Shown: positions 9,296-17,999 of the stretch, one piece after another
Layout of the letters: each line of letters opens with the position of its first letter
Numbering within the stretch: the stretch's first letter is position 1
DNA from: a virus
Lineage: Duplodnaviria; Caudoviricetes
Direction: 5' to 3' (one strand)
Virus record (IMG/VR): IMGVR_UViG_3300049182_000044
Location: 1 to 64,000 of that record
DNA: 64,000 bases
Program-made: the position numbers and the translations under genes
Notes under the pieces: model-generated
The model's input: only the letters and a program-made list of their open reading frames with translations
Database searches by the model: none
What the model was told of the DNA's origin: nothing

Positions 9296-9590
9296 TACTC
9301 AGTGAGCATACACGCGAAATCTCGTTTCGGATGTTGAACTTCACTGGCTGGGGTTTTTCGATTTCTGCTTGAATAGGGTTTAGTACCTGTTCCGCAGTCA
9401 TAAGATTTGCTTTGTTCGTGGTTAAGTTCTTCCACTGTTTGCAGTCCTTGCAGCACTGCTTAACCGTGACGACGTTCTTGGGCTTGCGATTTGCCTCACA
9501 CGCATTCACCGACATGGTGGATAGTAGAGTAGGGCAATAGAAATACATTACTGACTTGACTTCGTTATTGGTGTTCTTAGCTTTGGGCAT
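9279..9590 (-). CDS. Cys-rich hypothetical protein
   Basis: Likely start MPKAK at 9590 with a GGGAG RBS; C..C..CCKDC. Confidence 0.6.
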   Translation of the reverse strand: MPKAKNTNNEVKSVMYFYCPTLLSTMSVNACEANRKPKNVVTVKQCCKDCKQWKNLTTNKANLMTAEQVLNPIQAEIEKPQPVKFNIRNEISRVCSLSSAKGK

Positions 9591-9616
9591 GTTATTGGTC
9601 TCCCTATACAATGTAT

Positions 9617-9624
9617 ATTTACAG
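9617..9624 (-). promoter_or_regulatory. Candidate phage promoter CTGTAAAT
   Basis: 27 nt upstream of ORF 9590. Confidence 0.55.
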
Positions 9625-9627
9625 ATA

Positions 9628-9849
9628 TTACGTGGATAAAAAGCTTGAAGAGTACACCACAACTGCATCACATTGCCCAGGAATTTTATGATTACCCAGT
9701 GAAAGGGCTTGGTCGAGAACGACATGCTGATTGTACGTGCGATACTGACGCCAAAACAGCAATCCAAATAATCCCACAGTGCAGATTAGGCCGGATAACA
9801 ACATGACGTTGCCCAGCCTAAACGAACTAGATACGATGTTAGGTTGCAT
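9628..9849 (-). CDS. Possible small membrane protein
   Basis: Hydrophobic stretch VMLLSGLICTVGLFGLLFW followed by basic residues; start uncertain. Confidence 0.35.
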   Translation of the reverse strand: MQPNIVSSSFRLGNVMLLSGLICTVGLFGLLFWRQYRTYNQHVVLDQALSLGNHKIPGQCDAVVVYSSSFLST

Positions 9850-9904
9850 GATGGTCTCCAAACGTAGACACATCAAATTACAGTACGCGACGCACAAATG
9901 AAAA

Positions 9905-9934
9905 TGGCCGGTGCAGCTTTCGCCGCACCGGCCA
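9905..9934 (-). terminator. Intrinsic terminator after recA
   Basis: 10-bp perfect stem TGGCCGGTGC/GCACCGGCCA followed by TTTT on the minus strand. Confidence 0.8.
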
Positions 9935-9939
9935 CTCGA

Positions 9940-11799
9940 TCAATCCTCGTCGTCGTTATCCGACGGCTTGGACTCTTCTTCCTCTTCAGCGCCACCTGCT
10001 TTCTTGGTAGCGAAGAACTTGTCTACGCCGCTACCCTTCTGCAGATCGTTGAAGCACCACTCGCGCAGATTGAACGGCTTGATTCCGAGATACTCGAAAA
10101 TCTTCTTCTGCTGTTCTTTCGATCCGACGATCAGCATCTTGAACTCGAGCCACGAAATTGCCTTCTTAGCTTCTTTGCCTTTGATAATGAGCTTGATCGA
10201 ATTGCGCTTGCCTGCACACTGGCCGGTATCAGCCAGGTAACGCCACGTATCCCACACGGGGTCGAAACCGCGTGCTTTGCCGTCACCGTCTTCGATCCAC
10301 AAACGCAGCCAGCCTTCCAGATTAGGAACGCTCAGCTTGTTCTTGTGGGCACGAACATGGATCATGCGATACTTGTCAACGCCACCGGACTTGCCTACCG
10401 ACTTCTCTTCGACGATCATGCCTTTGTCGGTCACACCAGGCGCCGAGTTCAGAACACGAGGCTGCATACGCAGACGAACATCGGAGTAGAACTTCGGTGC
10501 TTCACCGCACGGCTCGTATTCAGGATTACCATAAGTAACCATCGGAGCCTTACGCAGCTGATTCACCGCGACGATACAGATACGCTTCGCACGAAGCTTA
10601 CCCTTGATGCGCTTGATCTGTTCGGAGAACATACGCGCTTGCATCGCCATTGCCGAACCCGGATCATCAACGTCCTGCTTTTCAGGAAGCATAGCTGGCA
10701 ACGAATCGAGAATCACCAGAGCCTGCAAGTTGCCGTCCTTTGCGGGGACGCGATACTTGCCAGTCTTCTTGAAGTAGTTCTTGTCGAACTTGTCACCAAC
10801 GATCTTGACGTTGTTCTTGTTGACCTTGCCGTCCGGTTGATAGTGGTCGTACACATAGTACCACTGTTCGCCCATGAGGATCTTGTCCGGCAGTGTACGT
10901 TCCAGCTTCGCAACGTAATCGAAGAACTTCTCTGCAACGCCTTCAGCGTAGTAACGAACACGAGGAGGCACCGCCCACTTCGACGTCTTGGGATCACGAA
11001 CACCGAACACTTGCTCGATCGGCATCTTGATGCCATTGGTGCGCATGATGTTCTCAATGTACTCGGGCGAGGACGAGCCTTCGTAGTCCCAGTACGAAAT
11101 GACAGGAACTTCCGTGAGGAGAGCTGCCGTCATGAACGTCGATGCACCAGTCGATTTACACGACTGTTCACCACCGAAGAACGTGTACCAGCCTGGTACA
11201 AGACCGCTACCGAGAATCAGGTCGAGCTGCAAGTTACCCGTGCTGAGACGATCTTCAACTTGACCGAGCGATGTACCCGACAACTGGTAATCTTTCTCGA
11301 TGCCATCAAGTTCATCGTCGATGTGAGCCATAGGATTGAAGAACTCGATCTCAGAGCCAACGTCATCGTCGCCCTTCTTGCCCTTCTTTTTCTTGCCCTT
11401 CGGCTCGTCGTCTGCATCGTCATCGTCATCGGAGGATTCTTCATCCTTCGCCTTCTTGGACTTCTTGCCCTTCTTCGGCTCGTCATCCGCGTCTTTGGAC
11501 TTCTTGCCCTTTTTCTTCTTGGGCTCTTCATCCTCATCCTTGGATTTCTTCGACTTCTTTTCCTTCTTGGGCTTCTCGTCGTCCTTCGACTTCTTACCCT
11601 TCTTCGGTTCGTCGTCCTTTTCCTTCTTGGACTTCTTCACCTTCTTGGGTTCGTCATCGTCCTTCGACTTCTTGCTGCGCTTGGACTCTTTCTCGGTCTC
11701 AGCTTTCTTACCGCGCTTCGACTTCTTTTCCTCCGCTGCTTCGGACTTTTTACCCTTCTTCTTGGTATCAGCCTTCTCAGCTTTATCTTTGCGTGCCAT
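9940..11799 (-). CDS. recA: RecA/UvsX-like recombinase with a ~145-aa K/D/E-rich N-terminal extension
   Basis: LSTGNLQLDLILG, Walker A variant GGEQSCKST, Walker B VILDS, VNQLR, GEAPKFYSDVRL, KNK. Start moved to ATG 11799 (GGAG RBS). Confidence 0.88.
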   Translation of the reverse strand: MARKDKAEKADTKKKGKKSEAAEEKKSKRGKKAETEKESKRSKKSKDDDEPKKVKKSKKEKDDEPKKGKKSKDDEKPKKEKKSKKSKDEDEEPKKKKGKKSKDADDEPKKGKKSKKAKDEESSDDDDDADDEPKGKKKKGKKGDDDVGSEIEFFNPMAHIDDELDGIEKDYQLSGTSLGQVEDRLSTGNLQLDLILGSGLVPGWYTFFGGEQSCKSTGASTFMTAALLTEVPVISYWDYEGSSSPEYIENIMRTNGIKMPIEQVFGVRDPKTSKWAVPPRVRYYAEGVAEKFFDYVAKLERTLPDKILMGEQWYYVYDHYQPDGKVNKNNVKIVGDKFDKNYFKKTGKYRVPAKDGNLQALVILDSLPAMLPEKQDVDDPGSAMAMQARMFSEQIKRIKGKLRAKRICIVAVNQLRKAPMVTYGNPEYEPCGEAPKFYSDVRLRMQPRVLNSAPGVTDKGMIVEEKSVGKSGGVDKYRMIHVRAHKNKLSVPNLEGWLRLWIEDGDGKARGFDPVWDTWRYLADTGQCAGKRNSIKLIIKGKEAKKAISWLEFKMLIVGSKEQQKKIFEYLGIKPFNLREWCFNDLQKGSGVDKFFATKKAGGAEEEEESKPSDNDDED

Positions 11800-11881
11800 A
11801 CGTTTCTCCACATGCAATACGAAAATAGGGGAAAGGACTTTTACATCCAATCCCCTATGCGTTACTTCAAGGCGTCAACGA

Positions 11882-13405
11882 TTAGAACGGAACATCGTCG
11901 TCATCGTCATCGTCTTTCTTCTTTTTCTTCTTGTCGCCCTTACCGGACTTCTTGTCAGCCTTCTTGTCCGACTTCTTGTCCGACTTCTTGGATTCCTTTT
12001 CCTTGCCCTTTTTCTTCTTGGGCTCGTCATCCTCGTCATCGTCATCGTCATCGTCGTCATCGTCCGAGTCCTCGTCGTCCTCGTCTTCATCCTTCGACTT
12101 CTTGCCTTTGCCTTTGACTTCTACTTTGCCCTTGCCCTTTTTCTTGGGCTCGTCATCGTCATCGTCATCATCGTCGTCCGAGTCATCATCCTCGTCATCA
12201 TCCGAATCGTCCGAATCATCATCGTCTTCATCGTCATCATCAGAGTCGTCGTCATCCTCGTCATCGTCATCCTTCGAGGATTTCTTGCCGGCCTTCTTGT
12301 CCTTGCCTTTGCCTTTGGACTTCGGTTCGTCGTCTTCATCGTCGTCGTCCGAGTCATCATCCTCGTCATCGTCCGAGTCATCATCCTCGTCATCGTCCGA
12401 GTCATCCTTGGACTTCTTGCCTTTGCCCTTGGCCGGCTTAGCATCTTTCTTGCCTTTGCCCTTTGCCTTCGGCTCGTCTTCATCGTCGTCCTCGTCCTCG
12501 TCCGAATCATCGTCATCATCAGAATCATCGTCATCATCGTCGTCCGACGGCTTGCCCTTCTTGCCCTTGCCTTTGGGCTCTTCCTTCTTGCCCTTCTTTT
12601 TCTTCTTGCCGAGATCTTCATCATCATCATCATCATCGTCGTCATCGTCTCCGTCACCAGAGTCGAGGTCTTCCTGACCAACGATATGCATACGCTTCAG
12701 TTCAGCCTTTGCGTCTGCTTCAGTTTCGCGACCCAACTGATCGAGCAGTGCTTCGCTCAGTTCCCAGACCAGGTATGCCTTCTCTTCGTCTGTCAACGCC
12801 GACTTGTCACCGAGGTTGACTTGGTACTGCTCAGGGCCCTTCGCGTCCGGATCGTGCTTGACGTTGATGTCCACGCCGTACTTCTCATGCGAGACAGGGA
12901 ACGTCTTCGTGCCGTCCTTGGTCTTGTGCTTGTTCAGCTCTTTGAGGCCCTGGATCTTCGCCATCAACGAACTGGTGATACGCAGGACACGAACCGGAGT
13001 CCACGAATCGCTACCCATCTCTTTGTGGCCACTTTCCTTCTCACCCTTAGAAGGCTTGCCTTTCTTGGCCGGCGCGTCTTCCTGAGCAGCGCGCGAAATG
13101 ACGTTAGCCAGGTAGAACACTTCACCCTTGCCGCCCGACTCGAGATCGTCGTATGGGCACTTGACGCCCTTCTTCGCGCCTTCGGTTTCCGGATCGAACG
13201 ATACGCAAATCTTCGGGATCTTGATTTCGCGCTTGTCCTTGCCGGCGATGATGTTGATCCAGTGGCGCTTGACTGCGAGCATGTCAAGATCAAGAACGCG
13301 GATGGTAGTCCACTTGTTCTTGGGCAGCTTGATCATCTCGAGCAAGTCTTCCAGGCGTTGCGACTCACGACCAACGCGCGGTTTGGCATCTGCTAATTTA
13401 ACCAT
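11882..13405 (-). CDS. ssb: Single-stranded DNA-binding protein (gp32-like) with a ~260-aa mixed-charge tail ending DDDDDDVPF
   Basis: N-domain IRVL..RHW..C..CP; adjacent to recA; acidic C-terminus resembling the bacterial SSB-Ct DDDIPF. Confidence 0.75.
   Translation of the reverse strand: MVKLADAKPRVGRESQRLEDLLEMIKLPKNKWTTIRVLDLDMLAVKRHWINIIAGKDKREIKIPKICVSFDPETEGAKKGVKCPYDDLESGGKGEVFYLANVISRAAQEDAPAKKGKPSKGEKESGHKEMGSDSWTPVRVLRITSSLMAKIQGLKELNKHKTKDGTKTFPVSHEKYGVDINVKHDPDAKGPEQYQVNLGDKSALTDEEKAYLVWELSEALLDQLGRETEADAKAELKRMHIVGQEDLDSGDGDDDDDDDDDDEDLGKKKKKGKKEEPKGKGKKGKPSDDDDDDDSDDDDDSDEDEDDDEDEPKAKGKGKKDAKPAKGKGKKSKDDSDDDEDDDSDDDEDDDSDDDDEDDEPKSKGKGKDKKAGKKSSKDDDDEDDDDSDDDDEDDDDSDDSDDDEDDDSDDDDDDDDDEPKKKGKGKVEVKGKGKKSKDEDEDDEDSDDDDDDDDDDEDDEPKKKKGKEKESKKSDKKSDKKADKKSGKGDKKKKKKDDDDDDDVPF
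12347..12406. repeat. 24-bp tandem repeat inside ssb (2.5 copies; another copy at 12176-12199)
   Basis: GTCCGAGTCATCATCCTCGTCATC repeated, encoding D/E/S octapeptides. Confidence 0.85.
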
Positions 13406-13464
13406 TTTGTGTTCCTTAGTTGTAGTAACTCTTTGTTAAGGGTGACTGATAACGTCAATAATGC

Positions 13465-13472
13465 ATTTACAG
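13465..13472 (-). promoter_or_regulatory. Candidate phage promoter CTGTAAAT
   Basis: 60 nt upstream of ssb. Confidence 0.6.
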
Positions 13473-13483
13473 TATTGACGCAG

Positions 13484-13588
13484 CTATTGCAAGTAAGCGA
13501 TAATGCCTAGGACGATTCCGATAATGCAGAAGCCCAGGACTATCCATGGGAAGGGGTCAGGAGGTTCGTAATCGTTATGCGATCTCAT
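13484..13588 (-). CDS. 34-aa single-pass membrane peptide, absent from the ORF track
   Basis: MRSHNDYEPPDPFPWIVLGFCIIGIVLGIIAYLQ; fills the gap between neighbours. Confidence 0.55.
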   Translation of the reverse strand: MRSHNDYEPPDPFPWIVLGFCIIGIVLGIIAYLQ

Positions 13589-13757
13589 ACGTCCACTGGC
13601 CAATGCCCATTGCATTCACAAACTTGCGCTGGACTTGACGCAGCCACACCAGGTGGTACGTATGCCCTTGCGGACCTTTCTTGACGGCTACGACCGGATG
13701 CCACGCAAACCACTTGTGTGCATTGACTCGATCAGCTTTGAGTTGGATGCTTGCCAT
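13575..13757 (-). CDS. Hypothetical protein
   Basis: 60-aa ORF with a GAGG RBS; WFAWHPV motif. Confidence 0.6.
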   Translation of the reverse strand: MASIQLKADRVNAHKWFAWHPVVAVKKGPQGHTYHLVWLRQVQRKFVNAMGIGQWTYEIA

Positions 13758-14892
13758 TTTTCTTCAACCTCTTTTTCGGCTTGACTGCCGGAGTTTTTAA
13801 TAACTGCTGCTCCCTCATGGTCTTACGCATAAGACGCAGCTCCTTCTTTGAAAACACTTCGTCAATATCGAGATACAGACGAGCTAAACTACGAATGTCG
13901 GCACACTTAGCAAGATACCGGACAACCTCCATCTCTTGGCGTTGCTCCAGCTTTACCTCTGCACCCACATCACCAACAATGTAATCCTGAAGTGACGTTG
14001 CACCGTCTTCACCACTATCAGAACTAACAAGCTTGTCCAGACTGACACTAAAGTTCACGTCTCCACTTGAGTTCGTACCTTGTGCCATCTGCTTACGCTG
14101 CATTTGCGGAATGGAATAGGCGATACCGTATTCGTGGCCATGATCCGTATTGGAACACGTCTGAGCGTTCAGTACCCAGTAATTGATGTACGATGTAAGA
14201 GCACCTTTCGTGCAATCGTACTTGTCAACGGCCTTGGTAATCGCAGTCAGGAAGTTATGATACACATCCTTGAAGTCGAAGTTTTCACCCTTCATCTTGC
14301 AGAAGGCCTTCGCTTGTTTGTACGCCAGCTTCACATAGTTGCTGACGATAGAATTTCGGAACTCGTAAGCAAGCTCCAGGTAGTCTTGCGCGATGTTGAT
14401 TGTGGAGAACAACCGACTGCGCGAGTTACCTACGTTCTGCTCCAACGCCCTGAGCTTCATATCGAGCATGATACGTTCATGCCCAGTTGCAAGTAAGTAG
14501 CGTTGATAAAGCTCTGCGTAGCCTTCAGTCTCTTTCAAGAACTTGACTACGAAGTTGTAGACGAAACCACGCTCGATCTTTGAGTTGGTCAGGATGTGAA
14601 TCTTCTTGTCCCGATCATCTGTAATCAAACAGTGGCACAGTGAGGTCATGAACTCCTCACGCGGAAGCGCTGAGAGCTTCCGTTTGCGATTTCTCGCTGT
14701 CAGACCGAGTAAGTACACGATCTGAACATCAAACACGTCGCTAGTCTTTACCAGCGGTGCCAGAGATTCGTAGATAAGGAAGTCCAACACTTCCTGAATC
14801 TGTCCCCCTGTTAAATTGCTGGTCAAGTCCGCGTTCGTCGCCTTCGCTAGCTCTTCCGCTAGTGCTGGCTCTTTTGTTTTGCGGGCTTTCAT
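13732..14892 (-). CDS. Phage-encoded sigma70-family RNA polymerase sigma factor
   Basis: YVKLAYKQAK..KDVYHNFLTAITKAVDKYDCTKGALTSYINYWV matches region 2. VSLDKLV..DGATSLQDYI matches region 3. No clear region 4. Confidence 0.75.
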   Translation of the reverse strand: MKARKTKEPALAEELAKATNADLTSNLTGGQIQEVLDFLIYESLAPLVKTSDVFDVQIVYLLGLTARNRKRKLSALPREEFMTSLCHCLITDDRDKKIHILTNSKIERGFVYNFVVKFLKETEGYAELYQRYLLATGHERIMLDMKLRALEQNVGNSRSRLFSTINIAQDYLELAYEFRNSIVSNYVKLAYKQAKAFCKMKGENFDFKDVYHNFLTAITKAVDKYDCTKGALTSYINYWVLNAQTCSNTDHGHEYGIAYSIPQMQRKQMAQGTNSSGDVNFSVSLDKLVSSDSGEDGATSLQDYIVGDVGAEVKLEQRQEMEVVRYLAKCADIRSLARLYLDIDEVFSKKELRLMRKTMREQQLLKTPAVKPKKRLKKNGKHPTQS

Positions 14893-15076
14893 CTGTGGTA
14901 CCTTCGCCGTTTAGGATTCTTTGGGCAGACTCTATACGTCTCTCCCGTGCCTCATTCATCGCTTTCATTCTCTGAGGGCGATCCATTGTGTTCCAACTCT
15001 CAACGTCTTCTTTAGAGCGGAAACACGTAGTGCACGTTTGCGTCTGCACATCCATTTTACAGATACGTGTACACAT
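14741..15076 (-). CDS. DUF1289-like small Cys protein
   Basis: CTRICKMD..CTTCFRSKEDVESWNTM; GGAG RBS before ATG 15076. The 3' end overlaps the sigma gene. Confidence 0.55.
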   Translation of the reverse strand: MCTRICKMDVQTQTCTTCFRSKEDVESWNTMDRPQRMKAMNEARERRIESAQRILNGEGTTDESPQNKRASTSGRASEGDERGLDQQFNRGTDSGSVGLPYLRISGTAGKD

Positions 15077-15087
15077 CTTTCGGCTCC

Positions 15088-15534
15088 TCAACCGTCATAA
15101 TGCGTCATATCGTGCTTGATCTTGTTGGCACAAGTAGGGCACTGAAAGCCGTAAGCACGCTTCACCATCTTCCTGCATCCGAGGCGAAAGCAATACGGTG
15201 TCCAATCCGGATCAGAGCGTTGCTTGTAGTCCTCGAAGATTTCACCATCGACAACACCTACATTACCGTCAGGCGCGTCAATCTCTTTCCATTCGCCCTC
15301 GGTGTACTGGTAGTATTTGCGTTGATCGTTCCTGAACATGAGCTTGCCTTCCTCGATGGGAACAGGACCGACGGCTGCCCATCCATTGGAAGTCAACCGC
15401 TTAAACGAGCCATCACGCATGTCGATATACGTATGCCCAATCCTCGGAGAACGAATCATGTCAAACATATCTTTGAGTGGATCGTTCTCCCACTTGTAGT
15501 CGGGGTTCATCTTAGGACTGGTTGTCATTTGCAC
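15088..15534 (-). CDS. Hypothetical protein with C-terminal Zn ribbon
   Basis: CFRLGC..CPTC. Confidence 0.6.
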   Translation of the reverse strand: MQMTTSPKMNPDYKWENDPLKDMFDMIRSPRIGHTYIDMRDGSFKRLTSNGWAAVGPVPIEEGKLMFRNDQRKYYQYTEGEWKEIDAPDGNVGVVDGEIFEDYKQRSDPDWTPYCFRLGCRKMVKRAYGFQCPTCANKIKHDMTHYDG

Positions 15535-15680
15535 CTCGCTCTACGTTGTTTCTTTTTCTTGTTGAACCGTTTGCACTCAGCTCTTTTCCAGATAGGAAGC
15601 ATGCGCTGAACTTCTTCTAACCAACGCTTGTCCTCATGCTCGCAAATTGCTTGAAAAGCAACTTCTTCAGAATTGGTCAT
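15525..15680 (-). CDS. Small basic hypothetical protein
   Basis: Probable start MTNSEE at 15680 with a GGAG RBS. Confidence 0.5.
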   Translation of the reverse strand: MTNSEEVAFQAICEHEDKRWLEEVQRMLPIWKRAECKRFNKKKKQRRARCK

Positions 15681-15957
15681 CACGCTGCTCCTTTTCTTCA
15701 CGAGCTTTACGTAGAGCATCTTGCCGTGCACCGAAGCCTGCAGGCATAGGACGTACTGGAACCCAGATAGGAACCTTACCGATGTGGCTACGGATATAGC
15801 CTTGCTTCTTCATCAGCTCATTGTATTCAGCTAGGAGTAGCTCTTCTTGTGCTTTTCGGCGGGGACGCCATGACATCACATAGTAAAGACCCGCCCACCC
15901 AATAATGGGTATGGCGGCCTTCACCAGCAGCGACATAGCTTGTGGATCGTCACACAT
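15667..15957 (-). CDS. Membrane-anchored hypothetical protein
   Basis: N-terminal hydrophobic helix followed by WRPRRK. Confidence 0.55.
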   Translation of the reverse strand: MCDDPQAMSLLVKAAIPIIGWAGLYYVMSWRPRRKAQEELLLAEYNELMKKQGYIRSHIGKVPIWVPVRPMPAGFGARQDALRKAREEKEQRDDQF

Positions 15958-16445
15958 TATGCCCCCACTGGTTGCGCTGTCTTACTACGCGAACCCTTGG
16001 AAAGCATATGACGGAACAAGGGCGACAGGCCCTCGAGGTAGGGGTTGAGGTCCATGGGAATAGAACGCCCACGATAGAGATTCAGATTGAAGATCGAGCT
16101 TGGCTGATCTGTCATCTTCACAGTGAGTTCTTGCCATTCACCTGGAGAGTACTCGATGCAAGGCAGTCCAACTACGATAGGGCCATTGTTCGCCCGATCT
16201 GCGAGATCATTGTACCACCTTGCGAGCGCGTACTTGTCATCCTTCGGTTGGGCCGGATCGTTAGCGTGTACGAATGATGTGATCTGTGCTTTGGTGAGCG
16301 GATCAAGATTGATGCAAACGTTCGTATGCTTGTTCTTTGGCTTGAGAGCGTTCTCGATAATGCGGTTGACTTTCAGATCGCGAAAGCCATAAACATCACG
16401 CATCAGTTTAGCGAACACCTTCGGTGGGATAATCAATGTTGCCAT
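15957..16445 (-). CDS. Hypothetical protein
   Basis: 162-aa ORF in the operon. Confidence 0.7.
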   Translation of the reverse strand: MATLIIPPKVFAKLMRDVYGFRDLKVNRIIENALKPKNKHTNVCINLDPLTKAQITSFVHANDPAQPKDDKYALARWYNDLADRANNGPIVVGLPCIEYSPGEWQELTVKMTDQPSSIFNLNLYRGRSIPMDLNPYLEGLSPLFRHMLSKGSRSKTAQPVGA

Positions 16446-16459
16446 TTCTTATTCTTTCT

Positions 16460-16741
16460 TTAGCCCATACGAGCTAAGTCTTTAAGCTTCAGTACTTCGA
16501 CTGTCAGCTTGGGGTTGTCGATCAGACCTTGCAGCGTGTTCTTACCTTTCAGAATTTCCAGCTGATATTCCGTCTGGCCGTAGTCTTGCACGAGCTTGCG
16601 TGGCGACTCTGCACTGTTGAGAATCACCTTCTGATTGTCGAGGATAATGTACGGGAACTGGAACGCATCGATCTTGACCGTGTAGTGGTCAGGATGCGTG
16701 ATCTTCCCACCTGTGATGCGCAAATGAATATCTGTTTTCAT
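16460..16741 (-). CDS. Hypothetical protein
   Basis: Start moved to MKTDIH at 16741 (ATGA coupling). Confidence 0.6.
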   Translation of the reverse strand: MKTDIHLRITGGKITHPDHYTVKIDAFQFPYIILDNQKVILNSAESPRKLVQDYGQTEYQLEILKGKNTLQGLIDNPKLTVEVLKLKDLARMG

Positions 16742-17223
16742 CCCACGTCTTTCAAAGCGTCCAACATCTGGTTGCATACGTCTGCCACTCCCTTCTTGTA
16801 CACCTCGTTTGTGTAATGCCCAGGATCCTCTGCCCAATCGCCGTCACTCTGATCGACATGCCCATGCCCATCGAACTCCTTGGGAAGGTCGTCACGCAAC
16901 TGGTCGAGCGACTCTTTGACCAACTTGATGATCTCGTCTCTGTGCTCGCACATGCCTTTCAGCTTGCGGATGAGTTCCATCATCTGATCTTGAGTAGCAA
17001 GTATCTTAGCCGCGAAAGCTGGATCCATGAGGCCAGGCCTATCCGCAACCCGTACCCAAACGCCGTCACGCATGATGTACGTTTCATCAGGAGCTCGATC
17101 TACCTTGTACCGCTCCAGCAGGAACATATGGCCTTCGCGGAACTTCTCCGGATCGGCTTGGGGAAGCACCGGGCCTTTGAAGTTCTCGAAGTCACTGAGT
17201 TTGAATGCAGGTAACGTGTTCAT
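16738..17223 (-). CDS. Hypothetical protein
   Basis: 161-aa ORF abutting neighbours. Confidence 0.65.
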   Translation of the reverse strand: MNTLPAFKLSDFENFKGPVLPQADPEKFREGHMFLLERYKVDRAPDETYIMRDGVWVRVADRPGLMDPAFAAKILATQDQMMELIRKLKGMCEHRDEIIKLVKESLDQLRDDLPKEFDGHGHVDQSDGDWAEDPGHYTNEVYKKGVADVCNQMLDALKDVG

Positions 17224-17544
17224 TTAATCACCAGGCTTTCTGCCTTGCGGCCAGAAGTGCTTTTCAGCACAGCGAGGACAAAACACGAGTCTGCAATCCA
17301 AGCAGCGTATTTCATCCCGTGTTTCAAATATTGGGTATTTGCAGGTGGCACACCAGCGCATGTGAATATCCCTATACGCTTTCAATACCGCTTCAGTGAA
17401 CTTCCACTGTTCGGTTGGAATATTCGTGGGAACTTCTTGTCCGGTTTTCTTGTACGCCACACCCATGACATAGCGCTGATCTCGCCAGTCACCAGTCGGA
17501 CTATACTCACCATCACCCTGAGGGGTTGTGCCTTTGACTAACAT
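17224..17544 (-). CDS. Zn-finger protein
   Basis: CATC..CLDC..CPRCAEKH. Confidence 0.6.
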   Translation of the reverse strand: MLVKGTTPQGDGEYSPTGDWRDQRYVMGVAYKKTGQEVPTNIPTEQWKFTEAVLKAYRDIHMRWCATCKYPIFETRDEIRCLDCRLVFCPRCAEKHFWPQGRKPGD

Positions 17545-17987
17545 CAGTCGCCTCGGTCTTTAATCAACTTCAACACCGGCACCAGGTGACGGCACACGAG
17601 AGGCACATTACCTGGATTGCGCACGACCGCTGGTTCACCATTGGAGTGCTTGATTCTCGCTGCACCCCAAGTGCTCAAAGCGTATTCGCAGTAGAACAGG
17701 AAGAACTCACAGTCACAACTGACAATCACACGCTTCTGCCCAGCTACCTTGTTCTTTTCAGGATCAAGGCCAATGACATGGCACTTGTGCGGCTTGTGGC
17801 GTTGTGGAAACACCGTTTGGCAAATCGCTTGCAACGCTGTGTGCCCACCCTTCGTCTTCGCCTTACCGTACTTCTTGACCACAACTTGATCGCGTGCTTG
17901 CTCTTTGATGTATCGAGGTGTATTCTTCAACAGCCCAACTATGCTGAGTCCTTTCTCGATACGCGCTTTGTCAACGGGAGTTGCCAC
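17544..17987 (-). CDS. SWIM-type zinc-finger protein
   Basis: VSCDCEFF..VCRH = CxC(x)nCxH. Confidence 0.65.
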   Translation of the reverse strand: MATPVDKARIEKGLSIVGLLKNTPRYIKEQARDQVVVKKYGKAKTKGGHTALQAICQTVFPQRHKPHKCHVIGLDPEKNKVAGQKRVIVSCDCEFFLFYCEYALSTWGAARIKHSNGEPAVVRNPGNVPLVCRHLVPVLKLIKDRGD

Positions 17988-17999
17988 GATATTTCTCCA

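Noticed and set aside
11885-12670. Repetitive DNA that could be mistaken for a CRISPR array or satellite
   Set aside because: Repeats are in-frame multiples of 3 encoding the SSB acidic tail, with no unique spacers.
9898-13396. Long plus-strand ORFs (739, 686 and 248 aa) opposite recA and ssb
   Set aside because: Antisense shadows: AAG/GAC/GAT-rich low-complexity codons lack stops on the reverse strand. They give poly-S/F/L text with no RBS.
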